A stretch of 64,000 nt of DNA from positions 74,612 through 138,611 of the forward strand of contig DATMGU010000060.1 of NCBI GenBank assembly GCA_035555315.1. Direction: 5' to 3'. The DNA comes from Stellaceae bacterium. GTDB lineage: Bacteria; Pseudomonadota; Alphaproteobacteria; ATCC43930; CGMCC-115725. Positions within the stretch are counted from its first letter, which is position 1; each line of letters begins with the position of its first letter. The notes beneath the pieces are model-generated. The model was given only the letters and a program-made list of their open reading frames with translations. It searched no databases and was not told the DNA's origin. Made by a program: the position numbers and the translations under genes. This document shows positions 45,891 to 56,095 of the stretch, piece after piece.

Positions 45891-45898
45891 CCGTCATT

Positions 45899-45922
45899 GC
45901 TCGTTGCGCTAACGCAACGAGC
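45899..45922. terminator. stem-loop between convergent genes (10-bp perfect stem, 4-nt loop)
   Basis: The stem-loop is gctcgttgcg-ctaa-cgcaacgagc, between the PagL-like gene (+, ends 45890) and the racemase gene (-, ends 45937). Flanking T/A tracts are weak. Confidence 0.55.
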
Positions 45923-45936
45923 GTTCTAGACGCTGG

Positions 45937-46668
45937 TTAGGCGCTGGGTTCGAAGCCGGACAGCAGGCCGTGATAGGGTTTTGGCAGCGGCCGGGCGTAA
46001 TCGCCATGCTTGGCCGTGCCGAGACCCAGCGACACGAGGCTTTCGACCAGCCGGACCGCCATGCCGACGCCATCGATCACCGGCACGCCCAGTTCGGCCG
46101 AGAACTCGGCCGCCAAATCGGCCATGCCGGCGCAGCCAAGCACGATGGCGCCGGCACCATCCTCGGCCACGGCGCGCCGGCATTCGTCGAGCAGGATCGC
46201 CCGCGCGTTGGAGCCGGGTTCATCGAGTTCCAGCACGGCGAGATCGCTGGCGCGCACCTTTCGGCAGAACCGGGCCATGCCGTAGCGCTCGGCCAGGTGC
46301 TCGGCGATGACGCAGGTGCGCCGCAGCGTCGTCACGACCGAGAAGCCGGTCGCGAGAAAGCTCGCCGCATGCATGGCCGCCTCGGCGATGCCGATCACCG
46401 GGCCGGTGGCGATCTCGCGCGCGGCGTCGAGGCCGGGATCGCCGAAGCAGGCGATCACCACCCCATCGACATCGCCGGCCGCCCGGATCTGATGCAGCAC
46501 GCCCGGCACGCTCAGCGCCTCGTCATAATGTCCTTCGATCGAGACCGGCCCCATCGCCGGATTGACCGCGACGATCTCCGTGCCGGGCGATGCCGCCAGG
46601 CGCGCCGCCGCGCCGATCTTGACGGTCATCGCGGCGGTCGTGTTCGGGTTGATGACCAGGATCCGCAT
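45937..46668 (-). CDS. Asp/Glu/hydantoin racemase family protein (hydantoin/allantoin racemase-like)
   Basis: Has the two-cysteine signature of this family: VVIACFGDPGL and IVLGCAGMADL. 243 aa. Confidence 0.85.
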   Translation of the reverse strand: MRILVINPNTTAAMTVKIGAAARLAASPGTEIVAVNPAMGPVSIEGHYDEALSVPGVLHQIRAAGDVDGVVIACFGDPGLDAAREIATGPVIGIAEAAMHAASFLATGFSVVTTLRRTCVIAEHLAERYGMARFCRKVRASDLAVLELDEPGSNARAILLDECRRAVAEDGAGAIVLGCAGMADLAAEFSAELGVPVIDGVGMAVRLVESLVSLGLGTAKHGDYARPLPKPYHGLLSGFEPSA

Positions 46669-46762
46669 GAACTACCTCCCCTAGGTACCGCTGCCGAGCG
46701 ACGCCACGCGTATCGCCACTGGCACATCGGTTGCTTATGACATGAGCACGGAGTGAACTGCC

Positions 46763-47854
46763 ATGTCTCAAGTCGAACTCGTCGCAGTCACCAAGCGGTA
46801 TGGGCAAGTCGTTGCCGTCCACGGCATCGATCTGCGCATTCCGAGCGGGACCTATTGTTGTCTGCTGGGCCCATCGGGCTGCGGCAAGACCTCGACGCTG
46901 CGCATGATCGCCGGCCATGAGACGGTCAGCGACGGCGACGTGCTGATCGACGACCGGAACGTCACCGACCTGCCGCCGGCCGGGCGCGGCACCGCCATGA
47001 TGTTCCAGAGCTATGCCCTGTTTCCGCATCTCTCGGTACTCGACAATGTCGGCTTCAGCCTCAAGATGCGCGGCATGCGCAAGGCGGAGCGACGGGCGCG
47101 TGCCATGGAGATGCTGGCGCTGGTCCAGATGACCGCCTACGCGGCGCGCCTGCCCGGCCAGCTCTCCGGCGGCCAGCAACAGCGCGTGGCGCTGGCCCGC
47201 GCCCTGGTCACCCAACCCAAGGTCCTGCTGCTCGACGAGCCGCTCTCGGCGCTCGACCCGTTCCTGCGCGGGCGGATGCGCGAGGAATTGAAGCGCCTGC
47301 AGCGGGAATTGGGCATCACCTTCATTCACGTGACCCATGGCCAGGACGAGGCGATGGCGCTCGCCGATCTGGTCGTGGTCATGGCCGATGGTGCCATCCA
47401 GCAGGCCGGCCCGCCCCGCATCGTGTTCGACGCGCCGCGCACGGCGTTCGTCGCCCGGTTCATGGGCGGCCAGAACGTGCTGGCGGGGGAAGCCTCCGCC
47501 GACGGCACCGGCATCGTCCTGCCGGACGGCGTGGTGGTGACCACGCGCGACACCGTACCGGCCGGGGCGGCGGCGGTCGCGGTGCGCTGCGACCGGCTGC
47601 ATCTGATGCCGCATACGCCCCTGGGCCTCGGCGGCGCGGATCGGCTGGACCCGGGCCGGCTGAATCAAGTACCGGGCGAGGTCTCCGCGATCGAGTACCA
47701 CGGCGCCTTCGTCCGGCTGTCGCTGCGCCGACCGCAAGGCGACGATCTCACCGTGCTGGTCGACGATACCGACTACTACGCGAACCCCGTGGCCATCGGC
47801 ACTTTGGTGGCCGCGGGGTTCGCGCCCGACGACGTTCACGTTCTGGCTCATTGA
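46763..47854 (+). CDS. ABC transporter ATP-binding protein (PotA-like)
   Basis: Contains Walker [10 protein letters not shown], the signature [15 protein letters not shown] and Walker [12 protein letters not shown], plus a C-terminal TOBE-like extension. Confidence 0.9.
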   Translation: MSQVELVAVTKRYGQVVAVHGIDLRIPSGTYCCLLGPSGCGKTSTLRMIAGHETVSDGDVLIDDRNVTDLPPAGRGTAMMFQSYALFPHLSVLDNVGFSLKMRGMRKAERRARAMEMLALVQMTAYAARLPGQLSGGQQQRVALARALVTQPKVLLLDEPLSALDPFLRGRMREELKRLQRELGITFIHVTHGQDEAMALADLVVVMADGAIQQAGPPRIVFDAPRTAFVARFMGGQNVLAGEASADGTGIVLPDGVVVTTRDTVPAGAAAVAVRCDRLHLMPHTPLGLGGADRLDPGRLNQVPGEVSAIEYHGAFVRLSLRRPQGDDLTVLVDDTDYYANPVAIGTLVAAGFAPDDVHVLAH

Positions 47855-47874
47855 GCCAACCACAGGAGGAAACC

Positions 47875-49188
47875 ATGACTACCGACAAGCGCGCCGGCAA
47901 AGCCGGCAAGGCCCCGCGTTCCGTGAACCGGCGCTCGGTGCTGAAGGGTGCCGCCGCGGTCGCCGGTACGGCGATCGGTTCCGGTGCGATTACCGGGTTT
48001 CCCACGATCTGGGCGCAGAACATCAAGAATGTGACGCTGCGCCAGGTCGGTACCGGCGTGTCGAACCTCAATGCCGTCGCCGACAAGGTGAAGGAGGATC
48101 TGGGCTTCACGCTGCAGATGACGGCGCTCGACAGCGACGCGGTGACCCAGCGGGCGGTGACCCAGCCGGGTTCCTACGACATCGCCGATTGCGAATACTG
48201 GATCTGCAAGAAGATCTTCCCGTCCAGCGTGCTACAGCCGATGGACACCAACAAGATCAAGAATTTCAACAAGATCGTGCCGCTGTTCATCACCGGCAAG
48301 CTGACCCCGGATTCGGTCATCGCGCAGGGCACCGCCCCGCATACGGTGGGCTTCGTGGAAGGCAAGACCTCGACCAAATTCGCCAAGCAGCCGACCAATT
48401 GGATGACGCTGATCCCGACGATCTACAACGCCGATACGCTGGGCATTCGCCCCGACCTGGTCGGTCGGCCGATTACCCAGTGGAAGGATCTGATGGATCC
48501 GGCCTTCAAGGGCAAGGCGTCGATCCTGAACATCTCCTCGATCGGCATCATGGACGCGGCGATGGTCTGCGAGTCGATGGGCGCCATCAAGTACAAAGAC
48601 AAAGGCAACATGACCAAGGCCGAGATCGACAAGACCATGGCCGTGCTGGTCGAAGCCAAGAAGGCCGGTCAGTTCCGGGCGTTCTGGAAGACCTTCGACG
48701 AATCGGTGAACCTGATGGCGTCGGGCGAAGTGGTGATCCAGTCGATGTGGTCCCCGGCGGTCGCGGCGGTGCGCTCCAAGGGCATCGCCTGCACCTTCCA
48801 GCCGCTGAAGGAAGGCTATCGCTCCTGGGGCGGCGGTCTCGGCCTCGCCAAGCATCTCTCCGGTATCGAGCTCGACGCCGCCTATGAATACATCAATTGG
48901 TATCTGTCCGGCTGGGTCGGCGCCTATCTCAACCGCCAGGGCTATTACAGCGCCGTGTTGGACACCGCCAAGGAACATATGAGCCCGGCGGAATGGGCAT
49001 TCTGGATGGAGGGCAAGCCCGCCGCGAGCGATATCCTGAGCCCGGAAGGCAAAGTCATGGAAAAGGCCGGTGCCGTGCGCGATGGCGGCTCGTTCTATGA
49101 GCGCATGGGCCATGTGGCGTGCTGGAACTCGGTCATGGACGAGAACAAGTACATGGTCCAGAAGTGGAACGAGTTCATCGCGGCATAA
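47875..49188 (+). CDS. ABC transporter substrate-binding protein (PotD/PotF-like) with Tat-type signal
   Basis: The ATG at 47875 is preceded by an AGGAGGA Shine-Dalgarno. The twin-arginine signal NRRSVLKGAAAVAG is present. Confidence 0.85.
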   Translation: MTTDKRAGKAGKAPRSVNRRSVLKGAAAVAGTAIGSGAITGFPTIWAQNIKNVTLRQVGTGVSNLNAVADKVKEDLGFTLQMTALDSDAVTQRAVTQPGSYDIADCEYWICKKIFPSSVLQPMDTNKIKNFNKIVPLFITGKLTPDSVIAQGTAPHTVGFVEGKTSTKFAKQPTNWMTLIPTIYNADTLGIRPDLVGRPITQWKDLMDPAFKGKASILNISSIGIMDAAMVCESMGAIKYKDKGNMTKAEIDKTMAVLVEAKKAGQFRAFWKTFDESVNLMASGEVVIQSMWSPAVAAVRSKGIACTFQPLKEGYRSWGGGLGLAKHLSGIELDAAYEYINWYLSGWVGAYLNRQGYYSAVLDTAKEHMSPAEWAFWMEGKPAASDILSPEGKVMEKAGAVRDGGSFYERMGHVACWNSVMDENKYMVQKWNEFIAA

Positions 49189-49212
49189 GCGATTCCGCTG
49201 GACCCATCCACG

Positions 49213-50139
49213 GTGTCACAACACACCGACGTGTCCGCCGCCGCGCCCGACCGGGTCGCGGCGCGCGGTGCCCGGTCGCTCGGCGGGCGCCTGCCCGGCA
49301 TGGCGGTGGCGTATCTCCAAGCGCTGCCGCTCATGCTGGTGCTGGCAGTCTTCCTGGTCGTCCCGATCCTGACGATCGTCGTGGTCAGTTTTTGGGACTT
49401 CGACGAATTCCAATTGCTGCCCGATTTCGTGCTCAACAATTATGCCGACGTACTGGGCTCGGCGGTCACCTGGAAGACCTATCTGGAGACCCTGAAGCTG
49501 GCGGTCCTGACCTGGGCGCTGACTGCGGCGATCGGCTTCTGGGTCGCCTATTTCCTGGCGTTCCATGTGCGCGGCCTGATTTGGCAGACCGGGCTGTTCC
49601 TGCTGTGCACGATCCCGTTCTGGACTTCGAACATCATCCGGATGATCTCTTGGGTACCGTTTCTGGGCCGAAACGGTCTTTTGAACGCGCTGATGCTGCG
49701 GCTGCATTTGATCGATCAGCCGCTCGAATTCCTGCTGTTCTCGGATTTCGCGGTCGTGCTCGCCTTCGTCCATCTCTACACGCTGTTCATGGTGGTGCCG
49801 ATCTTCAACTCGATGATGCGGATCGACCGGTCGGTGATCGAAGCGGCGATCGATGCCGGCGCCGGCCCGGCCGCGGTCGTCTGGAACATCGTCCTGCCGC
49901 TGGCCAAGCCCGGCCTGGCGATCGGCTCGATCTTCGTGCTGACCCTGGTGATGGGCGATTTCGTCACGGTACGGTTGATGAGCGGCGGCCAAAGCGCCTC
50001 GCTGGGCCTGCTGATGGCGAACGAGATGAGCCTGTTGCAATACCCGACCGCGGCAGCCACGGCGATCATCCTGCTGATCACCGTGCTGCTGATGATCGCG
50101 GCGCTGATGCGCGCGGTCGATATCCGCAAGGAGCTGTGA
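49213..50139 (+). CDS. ABC transporter permease (PotB-like)
   Basis: Polytopic protein with an EAA-type loop (IDRSVIEAAIDAGAGP). The start is uncertain, either GTG 49213 or ATG 49300. Confidence 0.8.
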   Translation: MSQHTDVSAAAPDRVAARGARSLGGRLPGMAVAYLQALPLMLVLAVFLVVPILTIVVVSFWDFDEFQLLPDFVLNNYADVLGSAVTWKTYLETLKLAVLTWALTAAIGFWVAYFLAFHVRGLIWQTGLFLLCTIPFWTSNIIRMISWVPFLGRNGLLNALMLRLHLIDQPLEFLLFSDFAVVLAFVHLYTLFMVVPIFNSMMRIDRSVIEAAIDAGAGPAAVVWNIVLPLAKPGLAIGSIFVLTLVMGDFVTVRLMSGGQSASLGLLMANEMSLLQYPTAAATAIILLITVLLMIAALMRAVDIRKEL

Positions 50140-50179
50140 TGCCCGCCACAACGCCGGGCGCGACTTCAGGCCGAGCGCC

Positions 50180-50989
50180 ATGAAAGGCGAACGCCGCTCG
50201 GTCCGGTTTTGGCTGCTGGCCGGCTTTTTCGGCCTATTCGTGCTGTTTCTCTACGGGCCGATGTCGACCATCTTCATCCTGTCGTTCCAGGGGCCGGATG
50301 GCGGCCTGACCTTCCCCATGAATGGCACGTCGGTGCATTGGTTCCGCAACCTGTTCGAACAGCAGGCGGTCGGCGATTTCTGGGGATCCTTCGATCGGTC
50401 CTTCGAGTTGGGCCTGATCGTCATGGTCCTGACGCTGGTCATCTCGGTCCTGGGCGGGCTTGCCTTCCGCAAGCGGTTCGTCGGCGCCACGGTGCTGTTC
50501 TACCTCACCGTGGCCAGCCTGATCGTGCCGTCGATCCTGATCAGCCTGGGCATCGGGTTGATGTTCAACATCATCGGCATTCAGCCGATCTGGTACACCT
50601 CCGGCCTGGGCGCGCACCTTACCTGGACGCTGCCCTTCGGCCTTCTGATCATGTTCGCCGTGTTCAACCGCTTCAACCCCGCCTATGAGGAAGCCGCGCG
50701 CGATCTGGGCGCCTCGCCCTGGCAGGTATTCCGCTATGTCGTGCTGCCGCTGATCGCGCCCAGCCTGCTGGGCGTCGGGTTGTTCGGCTTCACCCTCTCC
50801 TATGATGAATTCGCCCGCAGCCTGATGACGGCGGGTTCGCTCAACACGCTGCCGCTCGAGATCTACGGCATGACCACCAACGTCACGACGCCGGTGCTCT
50901 ACGCGCTGGGCACGCTCACCACGGTGTTCAGCTTCATCGTCATCCTGCTCTGCCTGGGCACCGCCGCCCTGCTGCAGCGCCGGCGCTAG
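50180..50989 (+). CDS. ABC transporter permease (PotC-like)
   Basis: Polytopic protein with the EAA loop YEEAARDLGASPWQVFRYVVLP. Confidence 0.85.
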   Translation: MKGERRSVRFWLLAGFFGLFVLFLYGPMSTIFILSFQGPDGGLTFPMNGTSVHWFRNLFEQQAVGDFWGSFDRSFELGLIVMVLTLVISVLGGLAFRKRFVGATVLFYLTVASLIVPSILISLGIGLMFNIIGIQPIWYTSGLGAHLTWTLPFGLLIMFAVFNRFNPAYEEAARDLGASPWQVFRYVVLPLIAPSLLGVGLFGFTLSYDEFARSLMTAGSLNTLPLEIYGMTTNVTTPVLYALGTLTTVFSFIVILLCLGTAALLQRRR

Positions 50990-51873
50990 ACCAGCGTCCC
51001 ATCCGGCAGATCGAGGCAGTGCCGGGCGACCGCCCCCGCCGTGGTGACCCAGCAGCCGTCGCGCGCGGCGGCGATGTGGCCGAGTGCCCGGCGCAGATGA
51101 CGCAGCCGATAGGGCTGACCGACGATGTAGGGATGCAGGGCGATCCCCATGACCAGCGGCATGGCGCGCGCCTGATGACGCATCTCGTCGAAATTATCGA
51201 TGATCATATCGGCGAAGGCATCGGCGTTCATCTTGCGGGCGACGATCGCCGGGATGTCGTTGACCTCCTGCGGGTAGGGAACGGCCAGCAATCGGCCGCG
51301 CCGCGTGGCGAGCCAGACCGGTTGATCGTCCATGCACCAGTCCAGCACATAGCGATAGCCGTGTTCCCGCAGCAGATCGGGCGTCACCGGACTCTCGGAA
51401 ATCCACGGCCCCAGCCAGCCCTGGGGGGCCGCGCCCTCCTGGGTCGCGATGGCCGCCGTCGCTTCGGCGATCAACGCCGCCTCCGCCACCTCGTCCAGCA
51501 CGCCCTGCCGTTCGGCGTTGCTGCGGCCATGGCCGACGATCTCGTCGCCGCGCGCACGGAACGCCGCCACGACCTCCGGGCAATGCTGGTAGAGGGTACT
51601 GTTGATCAGCACGGAGGCGGGCAGCGACAACTCGTCGAGCAGTTCCAGGAGGCGCCAGACGCCGACCCGGTTGCCGTAGTCGCGCCAGGCGTAATTCAGC
51701 ACGTCCGGCGGCGGCCCGCCCGGCGCCAGTTCGGCGCCCAGGCCTTCGCCGAACGCGAAATGCTCCAGGTTCACCGCGACGTAAACCGCCAGGCGGTTGC
51801 CATCGGGCCATCGGTAATCGGGGCGGCCGAGGATGGCGCGATAGGGGTAGCGGCCGTGCTGTGCCAGGGTCAT
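50986..51873 (-). CDS. polysaccharide deacetylase family protein, PuuE-like (candidate cyclic-amide hydrolase)
   Basis: 295 aa. The segment RDYGNRVGVWRLLELLDELSLPASV parallels the PuuE allantoinase segment as I remember it. The NodB-fold His motif is VGHGRS. Confidence 0.7.
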   Translation of the reverse strand: MTLAQHGRYPYRAILGRPDYRWPDGNRLAVYVAVNLEHFAFGEGLGAELAPGGPPPDVLNYAWRDYGNRVGVWRLLELLDELSLPASVLINSTLYQHCPEVVAAFRARGDEIVGHGRSNAERQGVLDEVAEAALIAEATAAIATQEGAAPQGWLGPWISESPVTPDLLREHGYRYVLDWCMDDQPVWLATRRGRLLAVPYPQEVNDIPAIVARKMNADAFADMIIDNFDEMRHQARAMPLVMGIALHPYIVGQPYRLRHLRRALGHIAAARDGCWVTTAGAVARHCLDLPDGTLV

Positions 51874-52013
51874 CGGCTCTCCGTCACGTCAATCGGGGTA
51901 ATTCAGCCACGTGCGAGCTTACGGTGTCCGATCGGCGGAGGTATCGTGTCAATCTGCATCCGCGCGGCCTCCGGCGACCTCGCCTGCCGGAGACCATCGA
52001 TCGGAAGGGGAGC

Positions 52014-54254
52014 ATGACCGAGCAGATCGCGGGAGCGCCCGCCCGGCGTCTAGAGACGCTGCGTGCGAGACTGAGCGCCGCCGTCCCGCTCAATCTCGAA
52101 GCGCTGAGCGTCGCCGCCGGCATCCGCGCGGCCTTCGCCTGCGCGCTGCCCGTCCTCATCGCCGAATTGCTCGGCATGCGGGTGTTGAGCTGGATCGCGA
52201 TCGTGGCGTTCTGGGGCTGCCTGGTCGATCAGGGCGGCGCCTGGCGGACGCGGTTCGCCGCCATGGCCGGCTTCACGGTGTTCGCGGCGATCGGCTGCGT
52301 CCTGGCCACCTTGATAAAGCCGCATCTGTGGCTGGCCGTGCCGTTCGTGTTGCTGTGGTCGTTCGGCGGCAGCATGGTGCGGGTCTATGGCGCCGCCACC
52401 GCGACAGCCGGCCTGCTGGCCACGGTCGCGGTACTGGTCGCCCTCGACGTCCCGGGCGAGGGGCTCGCCGATGCGCTGATCCTGGGCGGGCTGACCATCA
52501 CCGGCGGGTTATGGGCCATGCTGCTGGTGCTGGTGCTGTGGCGGCTGCATCCCTATGGGCCGGCGCGCCGAGCGGTCGGCGATTGCTGGCATGCGCTCGC
52601 GGGCTTCGCCGCCGCGCTTGGCCGACTGCATCGGGGTAGCCCGGTCGATGCCGGACAATGGAGCCAGGTTGCCCGGCAGCGACGCGGTGCCAGTCGAAAC
52701 GCGATCGAAACCGCCCGTCAGATGCTGGTCGCGACCCGCCGAACGCGCGCCGGCATCACCGGCCGCAGCGCCCAGCTGCTGGCACTGCTGGCGGATGCGG
52801 ATCAGGTCTTCGCCGCCCTTTTGGCCTTGAGCGAATTGCTGGAAGTCGCCAGCACCACCACGCCGAACCCCCGCCTCGAACGGCCGATCAGGCTCGCCTT
52901 GGGGCGCCTGGCCGGGCGGATCGACGGTCTGGCGATGGCGCTCGCCGGCCGCCCCCTGCCACCGCCCAACAACCTCGCCGGCGCCATCGCCGAGGTGCGC
53001 CGCCGGGTTGGCGAGGTTAAAGATGGGGGGGCGGTCTATGCCCATGCCGCGGATCTGCTCGACCGGATCGCCCAATGGGTCAAGATCGCGACCGAGAACC
53101 TGGACGGCGCACAGCCACGCAAGGCGCTGACCGATGCCATCGCCGAACGGGCATCCGGTGGCGGCCTGGGCACCTTCCTGACGCCGCTGCGCGCCAATCT
53201 GAACATCGGCTCGATCGCCCTGCGCCACGCGCTGCGCCTGGCCATCACCGCCGGTTTCGCGGTGCTGGTCACCGGTCTGCTGGACCTCACCCGCGGCTAT
53301 TGGGTGAGCATCACCGCCATCGTCGTCCTGCAACCTTATATGGCGGCGACCTGGCGGCGCACGCTGGAGCGCGTCGCCGGCAGCGTGCTGGGCGGGCTGA
53401 TCGCGGCGGGGATCAGCCTGATGATCCACGCCCCCTTGGCAATCACAGCGGTCATCTTTCCGCTGAGCGTCATCGCGATGGCGCTGCGCACGGTCAATTA
53501 CGCGGTGTTCGTGCTGTGCCTGACGCCGCAATTCGTGCTGATCGCCGAGCTGTTCCAGACCGGTGGCGCCGCCGATCCGGACCTCGCCGGCCTGCGCGCG
53601 CTGAACAGCACCCTGGGCGGGTTGCTCGGTCTGACCGCCGGCTTTCTGCTGTGGCCCAGTTGGGAGGCGCCGCATCTGCCCAAACGGCTGGCCGAGGCGA
53701 TCCGCGCCAACCGCGACTACCTGCTGGCGGCCTTGGCCGCGACACTTGGGAATGCGACCGCCAGGGCGGGTGGCCGCGATCCGGAGGCGGCCCGGCGCCA
53801 GGCCGGCCTCGCCAGCAACAACGCCGAGGCCTCGCTGCAGCGCCTGATGAGCGAACCAAGGCCGCAAGCCAATCGGGAGGCGGAGCCCGGCATGATGATC
53901 CTCGCCTGCCTGCGCCGGGTGGCCGGCGTCGCTGCCACCTTGACCCTGCTGCAGACTCAACGGCCGGACGAAACCGAGGCACGGATGATCGCCGCCACCG
54001 GTGAATGGGCGGGCAGCGCGCTCTCCGCGATCGCCGATGCGCTGGCCAGCGGCCGCGCCCCGCCGCCGCTGCCGGAGCCCCCGGCGCTGACACCCGCCGA
54101 GGACGGTGCCACGGATCGGATAGCCCCACAGATAGCCTCAGACCGGATGGCGGGGGAGCGAACCACCCTTTGGCCGCATGAGCTGGCGCGCATACGCCGG
54201 CAGGTCGATGTCATCGAGGACGCGGCACACCGGCTGGTCGGCGTGCCGGCTTGA
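52014..54254 (+). CDS. FUSC (fusaric-acid-resistance / YccS-YhfK-like) family membrane protein
   Basis: 746 aa from ATG 52014. It has two clusters of TM helices separated by a long helical cytoplasmic region, and sequence typical of the FUSC family. Confidence 0.75.
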   Translation: MTEQIAGAPARRLETLRARLSAAVPLNLEALSVAAGIRAAFACALPVLIAELLGMRVLSWIAIVAFWGCLVDQGGAWRTRFAAMAGFTVFAAIGCVLATLIKPHLWLAVPFVLLWSFGGSMVRVYGAATATAGLLATVAVLVALDVPGEGLADALILGGLTITGGLWAMLLVLVLWRLHPYGPARRAVGDCWHALAGFAAALGRLHRGSPVDAGQWSQVARQRRGASRNAIETARQMLVATRRTRAGITGRSAQLLALLADADQVFAALLALSELLEVASTTTPNPRLERPIRLALGRLAGRIDGLAMALAGRPLPPPNNLAGAIAEVRRRVGEVKDGGAVYAHAADLLDRIAQWVKIATENLDGAQPRKALTDAIAERASGGGLGTFLTPLRANLNIGSIALRHALRLAITAGFAVLVTGLLDLTRGYWVSITAIVVLQPYMAATWRRTLERVAGSVLGGLIAAGISLMIHAPLAITAVIFPLSVIAMALRTVNYAVFVLCLTPQFVLIAELFQTGGAADPDLAGLRALNSTLGGLLGLTAGFLLWPSWEAPHLPKRLAEAIRANRDYLLAALAATLGNATARAGGRDPEAARRQAGLASNNAEASLQRLMSEPRPQANREAEPGMMILACLRRVAGVAATLTLLQTQRPDETEARMIAATGEWAGSALSAIADALASGRAPPPLPEPPALTPAEDGATDRIAPQIASDRMAGERTTLWPHELARIRRQVDVIEDAAHRLVGVPA

Positions 54255-54258
54255 AGGA

Positions 54259-55968
54259 TCAACCTTGGCGGATGGCGCGGAGGAATTGGTCGACTTCGGT
54301 GCTGAGCCCGGCCGATTGCCGGGAGAGTTCGGCCGCCGCGCCGAGGACCTGACCGGCAGCGGCTCCGGTTTCCGACGCCCCCTGCATCACGCTGCCGATA
54401 TTGCTGGAAACGGCGCTCGTCCCGGCCGACGCCTGTTGAACGTTGCGTGCGATCTCCTGGGTGGCGGCCCCTTGCTCTTCCACCGCGGTGGCGATCGCCG
54501 AAGAGATCGCGCTGATCCGGCCGATCGTCGTACCGATATCGCGGATCGCGGCGACGGCCTCGTTGGTACTACCCTGGATCGCCGCGATCTGCCCGGCTAT
54601 CTCGTCGGTGGCACTGGCGGTCTGCGTCGCGAGCGCCTTGACTTCGGAAGCGACCACCGCGAAGCCCTTGCCGGCATCGCCCGCGCGCGCCGCCTCGATC
54701 GTCGCATTCAATGCCAGCAGATTGGTCTGGCTCGCGATATTCGAGATCAGCTTGACCACATCCCCGATCTTGCCCGCGGCGGTCGCCAAGCTCTCGACGA
54801 TGGCGTTGGTGTGCCCGGCATCTTCGACCGCCTGCTCGGCCATGCGACTGGAGTCGGTAACCTGCCGGCTGATCTCGCCGATCGAGGCCGCCAACTCCTC
54901 AGCGCCGCTCGCGACGCTCTGCACGCCCGCCGAAGCCTGCTTCGACGCCACGGCCACGGATGTCGTCCGCTGTTGGCTCTGCTCGGCGATGCCGGAAAGA
55001 GATACCGCCGAACGCTGCATTTCCGTCGCCGACGCGGCGACAGTGGTCACCACCCCGCCAATGTTCCGCTCGAAGGTATCGGCGAGGGTCAGCATCGCCG
55101 CGCGCCGTTCCTCGGCCGCGCGCCTCATGGCTTCGGCCGTGTCGGCCTGTAGGCGCCGGTTGTCGAGCGCGGTGACCTTGAAGCTCTCCAAGGCCAAGGC
55201 AAGCTGGCCGACTTCATCCTTCTGGCCGATCGCCGGAACCACCGTGTCGAGATCGCCCTTGGCCACTCGGCTCATCGCATCGGTCATGCGGTTCAAAGGG
55301 CGAACCACGGCGAACAGGACGAGGCCCACGGTGAAACCGCCAGCGAGCAGGATGCCGAGGCCGGCCAGCAGCACCATATCCAGCCGCGCGCCATCATAAG
55401 TCCGCGTCGCGGACTCCAGCGCCGCGACGACGAGTTTATTGCTTCGATCCTCGATACCCCGAAAGCCATTGCGCATCGCCGTTGTGGCTTCCACCCCGCC
55501 GAACGCGGTTTTGGTTGCCCCATCGAGATCACCGGCATGTGACTGTTGAAGCACTTTCGCGTAGATCGGCCGATAGGTGTCGAGTGCCGTTTTGATGTCC
55601 GCCAGACCCTTACGCTCGCCGGCATCGACGGCTATCTTGTCCAGCTCGTCCAGCCGCGCCTCGAGCCTGCTCAGCTCATCCACCGCGCCCGCCTCATAGG
55701 TCTTACGCTGCGCGGCCGTCAGCTCCAACGGGAGATATTCGACGTCGCGGGCGAAGGAAAGCATGTTCGCCGTCGCCCGGCCGCCGGCCTGGGATCGAGC
55801 CATAGCGGATCGCATCTCCAGAACGCTCGTATAGACGGTGCCAAGCGACGTGTAGCCCATCATGGCCAGAGAGCCCGCCAGCATGGACAATAAAACGACG
55901 GAAAAAAGCAACTTAGGAGCGAGCCGGACGTCGCCGAACTTTGCCATGACTGAGGAAATTCCCGACAT
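54259..55968 (-). CDS. methyl-accepting chemotaxis protein
   Basis: Contains the highly conserved signalling hairpin [40 protein letters not shown]. The HAMP region is [20 protein letters not shown]. The start is ATG 55968 or 55947. Confidence 0.9.
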   Translation of the reverse strand: MSGISSVMAKFGDVRLAPKLLFSVVLLSMLAGSLAMMGYTSLGTVYTSVLEMRSAMARSQAGGRATANMLSFARDVEYLPLELTAAQRKTYEAGAVDELSRLEARLDELDKIAVDAGERKGLADIKTALDTYRPIYAKVLQQSHAGDLDGATKTAFGGVEATTAMRNGFRGIEDRSNKLVVAALESATRTYDGARLDMVLLAGLGILLAGGFTVGLVLFAVVRPLNRMTDAMSRVAKGDLDTVVPAIGQKDEVGQLALALESFKVTALDNRRLQADTAEAMRRAAEERRAAMLTLADTFERNIGGVVTTVAASATEMQRSAVSLSGIAEQSQQRTTSVAVASKQASAGVQSVASGAEELAASIGEISRQVTDSSRMAEQAVEDAGHTNAIVESLATAAGKIGDVVKLISNIASQTNLLALNATIEAARAGDAGKGFAVVASEVKALATQTASATDEIAGQIAAIQGSTNEAVAAIRDIGTTIGRISAISSAIATAVEEQGAATQEIARNVQQASAGTSAVSSNIGSVMQGASETGAAAGQVLGAAAELSRQSAGLSTEVDQFLRAIRQG

Positions 55969-56001
55969 TATGAGGATAATTATTTTGCATCCAAACAATA
56001 T

Positions 56002-56019
56002 CTGAAATGTTAATTTCAG
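56002..56019. promoter_or_regulatory. dyad CTGAAAT-GTTA-ATTTCAG in the AT-rich spacer upstream of the MCP gene
   Basis: Read directly. It lies in the conspicuously AT-rich 127-nt spacer between the PAS_5 gene and the MCP gene. Confidence 0.35.
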
Positions 56020-56095
56020 TCGAAATGGATATGGATACTGAGATCGTCGGATCGATTGTGAGTTGAATTTTAGACCGATATTCCGCTGATTCCCC

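Noticed and set aside
46523-47863. 446-aa minus-strand ORF
   Set aside because: It is antisense to the PotA-like ATPase, which has Walker A/B and signature motifs in the plus frame.
52509-53960. 483-aa minus-strand ORF, plus several plus-strand alternative-frame ORFs over 51911-54004
   Set aside because: All of them overlap the FUSC-family gene, are Arg/Gly/Pro-rich and lack TM or domain patterns. They are artefacts.
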